From: Parachlamydiaceae bacterium
GTDB taxonomy: Bacteria; Chlamydiota; Chlamydiia; Chlamydiales; Parachlamydiaceae
Direction of reading: 5' to 3'
Length of the DNA stretch: 47,034 nucleotides
Assembly: GCA_047972195.1 (NCBI GenBank)
Contig: JBKEAL010000230.1
Span: 1-47,034, forward strand
The translations under genes were made by a program, and so were the position numbers. Below, piece after piece: positions 14,939 to 23,375 of the stretch. A model generated the notes under the pieces. It made no database searches. It saw only the letters and a program-made list of their open reading frames with translations, and was not told the origin of the DNA. Within the stretch, counting starts at the first letter, position 1, and each line of letters opens with the position of its first letter.

Positions 14939-16192
14939 CTATGAAGTAATTACCTCTTCTGAGCCGACCCAGGCAGGGCGTGGCATCTTTTCTAGCAGAC
15001 TCAAGGGTTCCATTTCCTCTGTTGTGGCTTCGAGGTCTTTGAATTTTTTCGCGGTGACCATGACGCGGGATTCGTAGGACCCGATTGCTTTGTTGTAGGA
15101 GTCGACGGCCTGTTGAAGGCCTCTACGCATGCTTTCCAGGTATTCTTGCATTTTGACAAGTCTGGAGTGCAATTCTCTACCCAATTGCGAGATCGCACGG
15201 GCATTTTCTACGGTAGCTTCCTGCCTCCAGCCTGACGCTACAGCACGCAAAAGCGCAATCAGCGTCGTAGGTGTAGCCAAAAGCACTTTCTTCTCTACGC
15301 CGAGCTCTATCAATGCAGGATCTTGTTCTAAAGCGGCGCTGAAGAACGACTCGCCCGGGATAAAGAGCACGACAAATTCAGGGCTTTCTGCAAATTGTTC
15401 CCAGTAGGATTTCGCAGAGAGTTGGGAGATGTGCGTGCGCACGTGGCGAGCGTGGTCTTTGAGCTTAAGCTGTTTTGAAGCTTCATCTTTTCCTTCCATC
15501 GCTTCCAGATAAGCGTGGATGGGGGTTTTAGCGTCTACGACGACCGATTTTCCGTTGGGAAGTTTAACAATTAAGTCTGGCCTCAGCTTTTCTCCGCTTT
15601 CGCCCACAGTCCCTTGCTCCATGAAATCGCAATAAGGAACCATTCCGGCAAGCTCAACAACGCGTTTCAGCTGCATCTCTCCCCAACGACCGCGCACATG
15701 TGGCATCCTCAGAGCTTTTGATAAGTTGGCCGCTTCCTTATTCAGGTCGATGCAGGCACTGCTGACACCTTTGATCTCTTCGCGAATTACCTTATAGGAG
15801 GCAGCTTGCTCCTTGTCCAGATCGGCAATCTTTTTGTCTACCTTCCCTAAAGTCTCTGTCAAGGGTTTCACAAGCTCATCTACCGCTTTCTGCCGCAGTT
15901 GCAAGTCCCCTTTGGCCCCTTCATGCAAAGCAGCGAGCTTTGCTTCAGCGACTTTCATGAAAGTATCGTTTGATTTTTCCATAATTTCCGACGAGAGCAC
16001 TTTAAATTCATCTTTAAGGCGATGGTTTGCATCTGTGAAAAAGCGCGCTTTCTCTTCGGCCATTTTCTTTTCATGCACCAGTTCCTGCTTTAAGCAGATC
16101 AGTTGCACATTGAGCTTTTCTTTTGACTTATATAGCCACAATAACCAAGCAAGGGCTACGCCTAACGCCGAAAGTAAAAGTGCTTCATTCAC
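14939..16192 (-). CDS. rmuC: DNA recombination protein RmuC
   Basis: 417 aa with an N-terminal TM helix, a long coiled coil and a C-terminal RmuC nuclease-like region (PDLIVKLPNGKSVVVDAKTP...FVVLFIPGE). Confidence 0.9.
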   Translation of the reverse strand: MNEALLLSALGVALAWLLWLYKSKEKLNVQLICLKQELVHEKKMAEEKARFFTDANHRLKDEFKVLSSEIMEKSNDTFMKVAEAKLAALHEGAKGDLQLRQKAVDELVKPLTETLGKVDKKIADLDKEQAASYKVIREEIKGVSSACIDLNKEAANLSKALRMPHVRGRWGEMQLKRVVELAGMVPYCDFMEQGTVGESGEKLRPDLIVKLPNGKSVVVDAKTPIHAYLEAMEGKDEASKQLKLKDHARHVRTHISQLSAKSYWEQFAESPEFVVLFIPGESFFSAALEQDPALIELGVEKKVLLATPTTLIALLRAVASGWRQEATVENARAISQLGRELHSRLVKMQEYLESMRRGLQQAVDSYNKAIGSYESRVMVTAKKFKDLEATTEEMEPLSLLEKMPRPAWVGSEEVITS

Positions 16193-16214
16193 AAATTGCC
16201 TCCTAATCTAAGGA

Positions 16215-16946
16215 ATGAGTATACTTAGAAAGTATAAAGCTTACAAAGGTTCCCTTTTTATGGTCCGCATAGACAGCCGTCTTTGGAAATGGCCTCTGAT
16301 CGCCACTTTAATTCTCGCCCCCTTTTTGACTTGGATCGACTGGAGCTTGACGAGCTACATCTATAAAATTGGGAACGATCCCGTAGAGCATTTCATCGCT
16401 CATCCTGCACTCGACTTTCTGTTCGACCATGGAACTATCCCGGCCACCGTTACAGCGTCTCTTGCGGGTATTATCGTCCTCTTTTCTTATCTCTTTAAGG
16501 TATTGAAAAAGTATCGAGCCGCAGCATTGACGATCCTTTTGACCTTTGCCTTAGGTTCTGGCCTTATGGTCAATGGCGTCTTTAAGGAATATTGGGGCAG
16601 GCCAAGACCTAAACAGGTAGAAGAATTCGGCGGCACGCAAGCGTTTCGCCCCTTTTACTCCCCTAATCTCTTTCATCAACCGCAACCATCCAAATCTTTT
16701 CCTTGCGGTCACTGTGCGATGGGATTCTTCTTCTTTTCCTTGGCGTTCATCGGCCTTCAAATGCGCAGCAAAACAGTCACAGCCATTGGTTTTGCCTTGG
16801 CGCTGATCTTAGGTATTGCTTTAAGTGCGACGAGAATCCTTCAGGGAGGCCACTTTTTTAGTGACACGTACTTTTCAGCCCTCATCATGTGGTACACCAC
16901 CCTTGCTGTCGGTTGGTTATCTTACACAGCAGAGAGAACCGATTGA
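16215..16946 (+). CDS. PAP2-family (type 2 phosphatidic acid phosphatase-like) membrane phosphatase
   Basis: All three PAP2 motifs are present: KEYWGRPRP, PCGH and SATRILQGGHFFSD. The protein has multiple TM helices. Confidence 0.85.
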   Translation: MSILRKYKAYKGSLFMVRIDSRLWKWPLIATLILAPFLTWIDWSLTSYIYKIGNDPVEHFIAHPALDFLFDHGTIPATVTASLAGIIVLFSYLFKVLKKYRAAALTILLTFALGSGLMVNGVFKEYWGRPRPKQVEEFGGTQAFRPFYSPNLFHQPQPSKSFPCGHCAMGFFFFSLAFIGLQMRSKTVTAIGFALALILGIALSATRILQGGHFFSDTYFSALIMWYTTLAVGWLSYTAERTD

Positions 16947-17560
16947 AACCTCTGACCAAAACACAACGAGAAGTGCTTGATTACATCGTATCGTACTCAG
17001 GCGATACAGGATGCGCTCCCACATTCCGCGACATCCAGAAGAAATTCAGCTTCTCATCGCTTGGAAGCGTCTATTCTCACATTAAAACGTTAAAGTCCAA
17101 GGGATATCTTGAAGAGGGCAAACAGCAGAGAATCTCTCTAAAATTGCCTAAAGAAGCCTCCATTTTAACCCCAAAATCGCAAAACGTCCTACCGATCATC
17201 GGCTCAATTGCCGCAGGGTTCCCTCTGGAAACATTTCCCATGCCGGAAAACATCCAGGTTCCCCTCTCCTACCCCATCGACCCGGACAATTGCTATGTAT
17301 TAAAAGTAAAAGGCGACACGCTAATTGAAGAATCGCTTCTGGATGGAGATTTGATCCTGCTGCAAACGCGCAATCGCGCCCACTACGGCGAACTGATCGT
17401 AGCTACCTTGTCCGATGGCGAGATCATCCTAAAGCGTTACTTCCCTGAAGATCCCTTCATTCGCCTGGAAAACACCTCAGGAAGAAGCCCTCCTCTGCTC
17501 TTTCAAGCAGATGAGATCGAAATCCTGGGCGTCGTCAAAGGCGTCTTAAGGTTCTGTTAA
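16943..17560 (+). CDS. lexA: LexA-family repressor (S24 peptidase domain) with Thr at the nucleophile position
   Basis: From the TTG at 16943 the N-terminus reads MKPLTKTQREVLDYI, which is canonical for LexA. The TTG overlaps the PAP2 stop. The cleavage-site-like IAAGFP and the Lys in IILKRY are present. VKGDTLIEESLLDGDLILL aligns with the S24 GDSM region, but the Ser position is Thr (ACG, 17318-17320). Confidence 0.85.
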   Translation: MKPLTKTQREVLDYIVSYSGDTGCAPTFRDIQKKFSFSSLGSVYSHIKTLKSKGYLEEGKQQRISLKLPKEASILTPKSQNVLPIIGSIAAGFPLETFPMPENIQVPLSYPIDPDNCYVLKVKGDTLIEESLLDGDLILLQTRNRAHYGELIVATLSDGEIILKRYFPEDPFIRLENTSGRSPPLLFQADEIEILGVVKGVLRFC

Positions 17561-18675
17561 TTAAATGAGACAGTTAAGTTCCATCTTTCAGCAGCCATAA
17601 CCTGGTAGCGAACCATAAATTGTCCCATAAGAACCTGGACGTCATGGATGATGTTGTCTTTGAATTCCTTCGGCATAGGCGGACCCAGCGACTCTATAGC
17701 TGCATGAACCCCTACATATGATCCATAACAACTTCGCGTTTGAGGAGATAGCCTAAGATATCTTATTTCTTCTGCTGCAACTTCCGCAAGGGTCGATGAA
17801 TTGTTTACCCTTAATTCCACCTCAGGAAGGAGTCTAAGGAATTGTTCATAGCTTGCCTCAAACTCATTTATCGCATTTTTTAAGGTTTTATCAAAAACGA
17901 CCTTAAACTGCACTGTAATCGGATCTTGAGGGTTTATGAAAAATGTCTCCGAGCTTTGCAATGCTTTATGAATCTCAGACACAATTTCATGATCTTGCTT
18001 TACCAATTCCCAACGCCTTAAAGTATTTTCAACCGATTTCTGAAGACCCTGCAATTTAGCATCGATCTCTTCGCGATCAAAATCTTGCGGCAGCGCAGCA
18101 GGAAGCACCTCTTCTACCTCTAAAGTATCTTGAGGAGGCATAGGTTCCTGTGTTAGATCCAATGCATCCTCAAAAATAAATCGTCTTCCCGTTGTTAGAC
18201 CTTCGTGCTCCCAATCACCCACTGGCGCCTCTTGGTTTTCTAGTGGGAGCTGAGGAGAAGCAAGCCGTCTAATCCATTCCTCTTCGTTCCTTATCCATCG
18301 ATCATCAAGACGAGGAGCACGAGGCGGCTCAGCTTCGACCGGGCGTGGAATCGCATCCATGTCGTGCATTGGAGGCATCTCATTTTCTTCAGGAAATGCA
18401 AATTCTTCGGTTTCAATACCTTTCGCTTTTTTCCAGATGTTATGAATCACTTTTGCCAAGGGGAGCATGTACAATGCGCAATGCTTTACAGTTTTATGGC
18501 GCAAGTATTGTTGGAATAGGGATACATCCTCTTTCCCTTTAAACCGACGCAACTGGATGGTATTAACGAGGTTGTTAATGAGGCTTATGCCTGGAATATA
18601 ATCGAAAAAACGATCCAGTTTACTTCGAAACAGATCTCTTACTGGCCTATCTAAATGAATATTTTCAAAGCACAT
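17557..18675 (-). CDS. Hypothetical protein, no recognisable domain
   Basis: 372 aa ORF with an acidic, Pro-rich middle region. Its 3' end overlaps the lexA stop by 4 nt on the opposite strand (convergent). Confidence 0.55.
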   Translation of the reverse strand: MCFENIHLDRPVRDLFRSKLDRFFDYIPGISLINNLVNTIQLRRFKGKEDVSLFQQYLRHKTVKHCALYMLPLAKVIHNIWKKAKGIETEEFAFPEENEMPPMHDMDAIPRPVEAEPPRAPRLDDRWIRNEEEWIRRLASPQLPLENQEAPVGDWEHEGLTTGRRFIFEDALDLTQEPMPPQDTLEVEEVLPAALPQDFDREEIDAKLQGLQKSVENTLRRWELVKQDHEIVSEIHKALQSSETFFINPQDPITVQFKVVFDKTLKNAINEFEASYEQFLRLLPEVELRVNNSSTLAEVAAEEIRYLRLSPQTRSCYGSYVGVHAAIESLGPPMPKEFKDNIIHDVQVLMGQFMVRYQVMAAERWNLTVSFN

Positions 18676-18734
18676 TTACATAACCTCATTTATATTTTTT
18701 AAAACATTATAACATTCTAATTAATTCAAAGCAA

Positions 18735-19577
18735 TTAAGATTCTTCGTCGGTCTCTGGCTCGGGCTCGAACTCTTCGAGCGCCTTGCTTCGCCGCCCGGC
18801 GATGACGCGGGCAATTGAGAGAGAAGCAGCGATAAAGACATATCCCCAAGAAACAATGAGGAAAGTCAAGGGAAAGAAATTTAGGATGCCGTAAAAGAGA
18901 AAGACTGCAGCAACCACAGTAAACAATACTTTCTGGAAGGAGGAAACGCGGATATGGAGCGTTTTTAGGCTAGGGAACTTCCAGCGGCTCACCATGAAGT
19001 AGCCAATCAGGAGCATCGCTGTAAATAAAATCCAGAATCTATAGGGCTCTAAAGGAATGCCGAGCCACTTCCACTCATCCGAATAGAAGAACAGATTCAG
19101 AGAAACAATAGAAACTGCCGCGGCGGGTATGGGCAAACCGGTAAAGTGCTTTTTCGCATTGTCCAGAGGATCGGGATTTTCTTTTGCCTGAAGGCTCATC
19201 ACATTGAAGCGCACGAGGCGCAAAATGCCGCATACCGAAAACACCATAGCTGCCATGGTCATCAGAAAAGAGTAGCCGCTGCCGGGCTCTAAAGACATCG
19301 TCTTCAACACAATCACTGAAGGCCCCAGACCAAACGTAATCCCATCAGCCAAAGAGTCAAAAAAACCGCCAAATGAGCTTTCAGCTCTCAAAATCCTCGC
19401 TACCGCGCCATCCATTAAGTCAGCTAAAGCCGCCAATAGCAAGATGCCTGCAGTTACAGTTAGCACGTGCAGATCTGCTCCACCGACCGGAACCATGTTC
19501 ATCCGGAAGATCATGAACAGTCCGCAAGTTAAGGCAAAAGCGGTGATAATATTGGGTAGGACAGGAACTTTTGGCAT
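18735..19577 (-). CDS. pssA: CDP-diacylglycerol--serine O-phosphatidyltransferase (CDP-alcohol phosphatidyltransferase family)
   Basis: CDP-OH-P motif DLMDGAVARILRAESSFGGFFDSLADGITF (DGx2ARx8Gx3Dx3D) in a polytopic membrane protein. Confidence 0.85.
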   Translation of the reverse strand: MPKVPVLPNIITAFALTCGLFMIFRMNMVPVGGADLHVLTVTAGILLLAALADLMDGAVARILRAESSFGGFFDSLADGITFGLGPSVIVLKTMSLEPGSGYSFLMTMAAMVFSVCGILRLVRFNVMSLQAKENPDPLDNAKKHFTGLPIPAAAVSIVSLNLFFYSDEWKWLGIPLEPYRFWILFTAMLLIGYFMVSRWKFPSLKTLHIRVSSFQKVLFTVVAAVFLFYGILNFFPLTFLIVSWGYVFIAASLSIARVIAGRRSKALEEFEPEPETDEES

Positions 19578-19619
19578 AGTAAAATCATCTATGAATTCCC
19601 CCTATTTGTCAAGGAGTTA

Positions 19620-19785
19620 TATACTCCTCATTAGTTCAAAATGAGAATTTAGGCAAGCGTGAAAGCTCCCGCGGTTGAACGATCGAAAATTCGTTCGTAT
19701 AAAGTTATACATGCAAATTTTCGATCGTTCAACCCCGGGGCTTTGACGCAACCTAAATTTCCCATTTTGAACTAAGAGGAGTATA
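19620..19785. repeat. 166 bp near-perfect palindrome filling an intergenic spacer
   Basis: The left arm is 19620-19691 (tatactcctcattagttcaaaatgagaatttagg...ttgaacgatcgaaaatt). The right arm is 19716-19785 (aattttcgatcgttcaa...cctaaatttcccattttgaactaagaggagtata). The 24 nt loop contains its own gtata/tatac stem. Confidence 0.8.
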
Positions 19786-19787
19786 GA

Positions 19788-20381
19788 TTACAGAATGATC
19801 TCTTGCAGCATCGATTCGCTTGGCAAATCGTTAAGCAGTCTAGTCCGTATCTCTTCCCAGCGATCTTCGCAAAATATTCTACGTTTGATCATGCCCGCCA
19901 CCCCTGAAAGCTTTCCATGGGTCGCAAAGTTAATAGCCTTGATTCTCCAAAAGCTTCTTCGTGAAATAACGCCGACTCTTTTCAAAAATTTCGCATTAGA
20001 ATCATTCACAAAAGTGTAAAGAGGGAACCGATCTTCATTTAATGCCTCCTTGAATTCGTTCGTGCTTACAAAAATCAAACGCATATTGTTCGATCTTTCG
20101 TGGGCTAGCCGTTCTCTCTTCTTACTATATTCTGCAACACAGATAAAAACAGAACCGAGTATAATTGCCGCTGCTGTAGACACTAATGCAGCAATAGGGA
20201 AACTAAGCGGAACAAGTACAAGGCTAGCAACTACGGGCAATACGATGCATATTCCAGTGAACACAAATTTCTTAAAAACCTTGCTGATCGCCTCAACGCG
20301 CTTTTCATGCGTCAAACCTTTATTTAAGCGATAGAAAAAGCGATCGTCGGCAGGAGAACCTATATTAGCAATCAGATTCAC
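19788..20381 (-). CDS. Membrane protein with a long bilobed hydrophobic domain (Inc-like candidate)
   Basis: 197 aa. Residues about 40-85, FVFTGICIVLPVVASLVLVPLSFPIAALVSTAAAIILGSVFICVAEY, form a hydrophobic block of about 46 aa near the N-terminus. Confidence 0.55.
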   Translation of the reverse strand: MNLIANIGSPADDRFFYRLNKGLTHEKRVEAISKVFKKFVFTGICIVLPVVASLVLVPLSFPIAALVSTAAAIILGSVFICVAEYSKKRERLAHERSNNMRLIFVSTNEFKEALNEDRFPLYTFVNDSNAKFLKRVGVISRRSFWRIKAINFATHGKLSGVAGMIKRRIFCEDRWEEIRTRLLNDLPSESMLQEIIL

Positions 20382-20435
20382 GCGAACCCTTCTGAATTAG
20401 TATACAAAATCGAAAACATAAGCTATGCTTTGCGC

Positions 20436-23375
20436 ATGAATTCTTTATTTACTCCAGGCTCGAGGCATCAAGGCTTTGTAGTTACGAAAGCAATTGAACT
20501 ACCTGAACTCAAAGCAACGCTATTCGAACTCACGCACGAAACTAGCGGTTCCAATATACTGCATATTGCGAATGACGACAAGGAAAACCTATTCTGCCTC
20601 TCCTTCCAAACTTTGCCTTCCAGCTCCAACGGCGTTGCCCATATTCTTGAACACACCGTGCTGTGCGGATCAAAAAAATTCCCCGTCAAAGACCCCTTCT
20701 TTGCCATGGGAAGGAGAAGCTTAAACACCTACATGAATGCCTTAACAGGCTCTGACTTTACCTGCTATCCTGCAGCGACCCAAAACGAAAAGGACTTTTA
20801 CAATCTTTTAGATGTCTATCTGGATGCTGTATTCCACCCTGAATTGAAGGAGCTGAGCTTCAAGCAGGAAGGCCACCGCCTTGAATTCGACAAGCCCGAT
20901 GACTCCGCTTCTCCTCTGCTTTACAAGGGCATTGTCTACAACGAAATGAAAGGGGCAATGAACTCAGGCCCCTCCAGAATGCACGAGGCGCTTTACCACG
21001 CCCTATTTCCTTCAGTCACCTATGGAGTCAACTCCGGAGGCGATCCTGCCTCTATTCCCCACCTGACATATGATGAGTTGATCGATTTCCATAAAACCTA
21101 TTACGATCCCAGTCGCTGCCTCTTTTTCTTCTATGGAGATCTACCTTTAGAAAAACACTTGAGCTTTGTCTCAGATCGAATTCTGAAAGAGCATCCTAAA
21201 GCCACACCCTTACCCCCTATTCCTTTGCAAGAAAGATTTCAGGAGCCAAAAAGGCTGTACACCTTCTATCCCGTCTCTCAAGAAGAGGGTCAGAAAGATA
21301 AAACGTTGATCTCCATCGGCTGGCTCACCTGCAAAGCTAACGACCAGGAAACGTGCCTAGCGCTGGATGTCATCGAAGCGGTTCTTTTAGATACAGACGC
21401 TTCCCCGCTAAAGAAAGCGCTGTTGAAATCGGGCCTCTGCAAGCAGGTCTCCTCTTATCTCGACACGGAGATCCACGAAGTACCCTTCGTTATCAACCTC
21501 AAGGGATGCGAAACCGGCGATCTGGAAAAGGCGGAACAGATGATCACCGAAGCACTGCAGCAAGTTGTCAGAGATGGAATCTCCGAAAAAGCGGTCGAAA
21601 ACGTAATTCAGCAGGAGGAATTCCACCGAAGCGAGATTGCCGGCGATCATTACCCTTTTGGGCTCTCCCTGTTCATGCGTTCTGCCTTGATCAAACAGCA
21701 CGGCGGCGCCCCAGAACATGGTCTTTTAGTCCACAGTCTGTTCGATCAGCTGCGCAAAAAAATCGCAGAAGACCCCCATTATCTGACTGACCTGATTCAG
21801 CGCTATTTCATCGAAAATCCGCACCGCGTTTCCATCTGCATGGAGCCCAGCGCTGCATTGGAAAAAGTCGAAGCGGATGAGGAGCGGGAAAAACTGGAAA
21901 AAATTGAGAACGAGCTGACAGAGGCACAGAAGCAGCAGATTGTGCGACAGGCAGAAGTTTTGAAAAAGTTCCAAGACCAGCAAGAGAAAGTAGACATCGA
22001 TATCCTCCCAAAAGTAACCTTAGATGATGCCGAACCAAAGGTACAAATCTACCCTTTGATCCAGGAAAAGCTCGGTAACCTTTCTCTTTTCTGCCACCCC
22101 TGCTTCACCAATGAGATCATTTACGCAGATCTTCTGTTCGATCTGCCTGAAATTTCAAAAGAAGAGCTACCTTTAGTTCGCCTTCTAGGCGTACTTTTCA
22201 ACCAGATGGGCACCAAATCTAAACCCTATGAAGAGCTCCTGGAAGAGAGCCAGGGCTACACCGGCGGCATCTCTGCTTATTTGACGCTCCATATCCAGGC
22301 AGAGGATGAGAATCTCTTTGCGCCCGCCTTTTGTGTTAGAGGTAAAGCGCTTTACCGCAATGCAGAAAAGTTATTCCGCCTGATTCGAGAAATGGTTACA
22401 GAATTCTCATTCTCCGATTGCGCTCGTTTGAAAGAAGTGATCCACAAGCATCTTTCAGGGCTTGAATCCAACTTCAACCAAAACGCCATCCGCTACGCGA
22501 CCAGCTTATCTGCCTCCTCTCAAAGTGTTCCCGGATTTATCGCAGAAGCCTGGTATGGCGTTCATTACCTGGAAGCACTCCGTCAAATAGAAAAGCAACT
22601 GGATCGGGGCGACTTGCCTGAGCAGCTTCAGAAGTTAACGCGGAAGATTTTTTCTCACAAAGAGCCCCACCTTGTATTGAGCCTCGATGAAGAGATGTAC
22701 CAGCAGCTAAAAAAAGAGCGCTTCTATGGACTAGACGCATTGAAAACGCAAGGTCAGTCAGCGTGGAAAAGCGACTACCTACTTCCAACCATTGCCGATC
22801 AAGCGCGCAACATCTCTTCTCCCGTGGCCTTCATCAGCCGCGTGTTCAAAACAGTCCCCTATATCCATCCGGATGCACCGGCTTTAAGAGCCTGTTCACA
22901 CATTATGGAAAACGTCATTCTGCACAAACTTATTCGAGAGCAGGGAGGCGCTTACGGCGGTGGAGCTGTCAGCAACGGCTTGTCGGGTAACTTTTACTTC
23001 TACTCCTACCGCGATCCCAAAATTGCCGACTCGTTAAAAGCATTTGAAACGGCTATCGAAATGATCGTTAAAGGCCAATTTGATGAAAACGATCTCGAAG
23101 AGGCCAAATTTGAGATGATCCAAGACTTCGATGCTCCGATCCCGCCAGGATCGCGAGGAGAAACAGCCTACGGCTGGCTCTGCACAGGAATTACAGATGG
23201 CTTAAGGCAAAACTTTAGAGATCGTCTGCTTGCCCTCACGAAAGAGGACATTATCCAAGCGTGCAAAGACCAAATCGCCAAGCACTTCCCCAACGGCAAA
23301 ACGGTTGTTTTTGGTGGAAAGGCCCTCATCGAAAAAGAGAACCTCAAGCTCTCTCCTCCCCTAGCTTTTAGCTAA
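20436..23375 (+). CDS. M16C-family zinc metalloprotease (PreP / presequence-protease-like)
   Basis: About 979 aa from the first ATG (the track starts at a TTG at 20430). It has the inverted zinc motif HILEH and the four-domain length typical of M16C. Confidence 0.88.
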   Translation: MNSLFTPGSRHQGFVVTKAIELPELKATLFELTHETSGSNILHIANDDKENLFCLSFQTLPSSSNGVAHILEHTVLCGSKKFPVKDPFFAMGRRSLNTYMNALTGSDFTCYPAATQNEKDFYNLLDVYLDAVFHPELKELSFKQEGHRLEFDKPDDSASPLLYKGIVYNEMKGAMNSGPSRMHEALYHALFPSVTYGVNSGGDPASIPHLTYDELIDFHKTYYDPSRCLFFFYGDLPLEKHLSFVSDRILKEHPKATPLPPIPLQERFQEPKRLYTFYPVSQEEGQKDKTLISIGWLTCKANDQETCLALDVIEAVLLDTDASPLKKALLKSGLCKQVSSYLDTEIHEVPFVINLKGCETGDLEKAEQMITEALQQVVRDGISEKAVENVIQQEEFHRSEIAGDHYPFGLSLFMRSALIKQHGGAPEHGLLVHSLFDQLRKKIAEDPHYLTDLIQRYFIENPHRVSICMEPSAALEKVEADEEREKLEKIENELTEAQKQQIVRQAEVLKKFQDQQEKVDIDILPKVTLDDAEPKVQIYPLIQEKLGNLSLFCHPCFTNEIIYADLLFDLPEISKEELPLVRLLGVLFNQMGTKSKPYEELLEESQGYTGGISAYLTLHIQAEDENLFAPAFCVRGKALYRNAEKLFRLIREMVTEFSFSDCARLKEVIHKHLSGLESNFNQNAIRYATSLSASSQSVPGFIAEAWYGVHYLEALRQIEKQLDRGDLPEQLQKLTRKIFSHKEPHLVLSLDEEMYQQLKKERFYGLDALKTQGQSAWKSDYLLPTIADQARNISSPVAFISRVFKTVPYIHPDAPALRACSHIMENVILHKLIREQGGAYGGGAVSNGLSGNFYFYSYRDPKIADSLKAFETAIEMIVKGQFDENDLEEAKFEMIQDFDAPIPPGSRGETAYGWLCTGITDGLRQNFRDRLLALTKEDIIQACKDQIAKHFPNGKTVVFGGKALIEKENLKLSPPLAFS

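Noticed and set aside
14877-15077. 66 aa plus-strand ORF
   Set aside because: It starts inside the right arm of the inverted-repeat element and runs antisense into the rmuC 3' end. It has no SD and its composition is not protein-like.
16889-16942. Long N-terminal extension of lexA given by the ORF track (MVHHPCCRLVILHSRENR...)
   Set aside because: It would overlap the PAP2 gene by 58 nt. The in-frame TTG at 16943 yields the canonical LexA N-terminus MKPLTKTQREVL.
21353-22038. Alternative-frame ORFs inside the PreP-like gene (145 aa Arg-rich plus-strand ORF and several minus-strand ORFs)
   Set aside because: They are embedded in a long ORF with a clear M16 zinc motif. Their Arg/Ser-rich, low-complexity composition is typical of off-frame reading.
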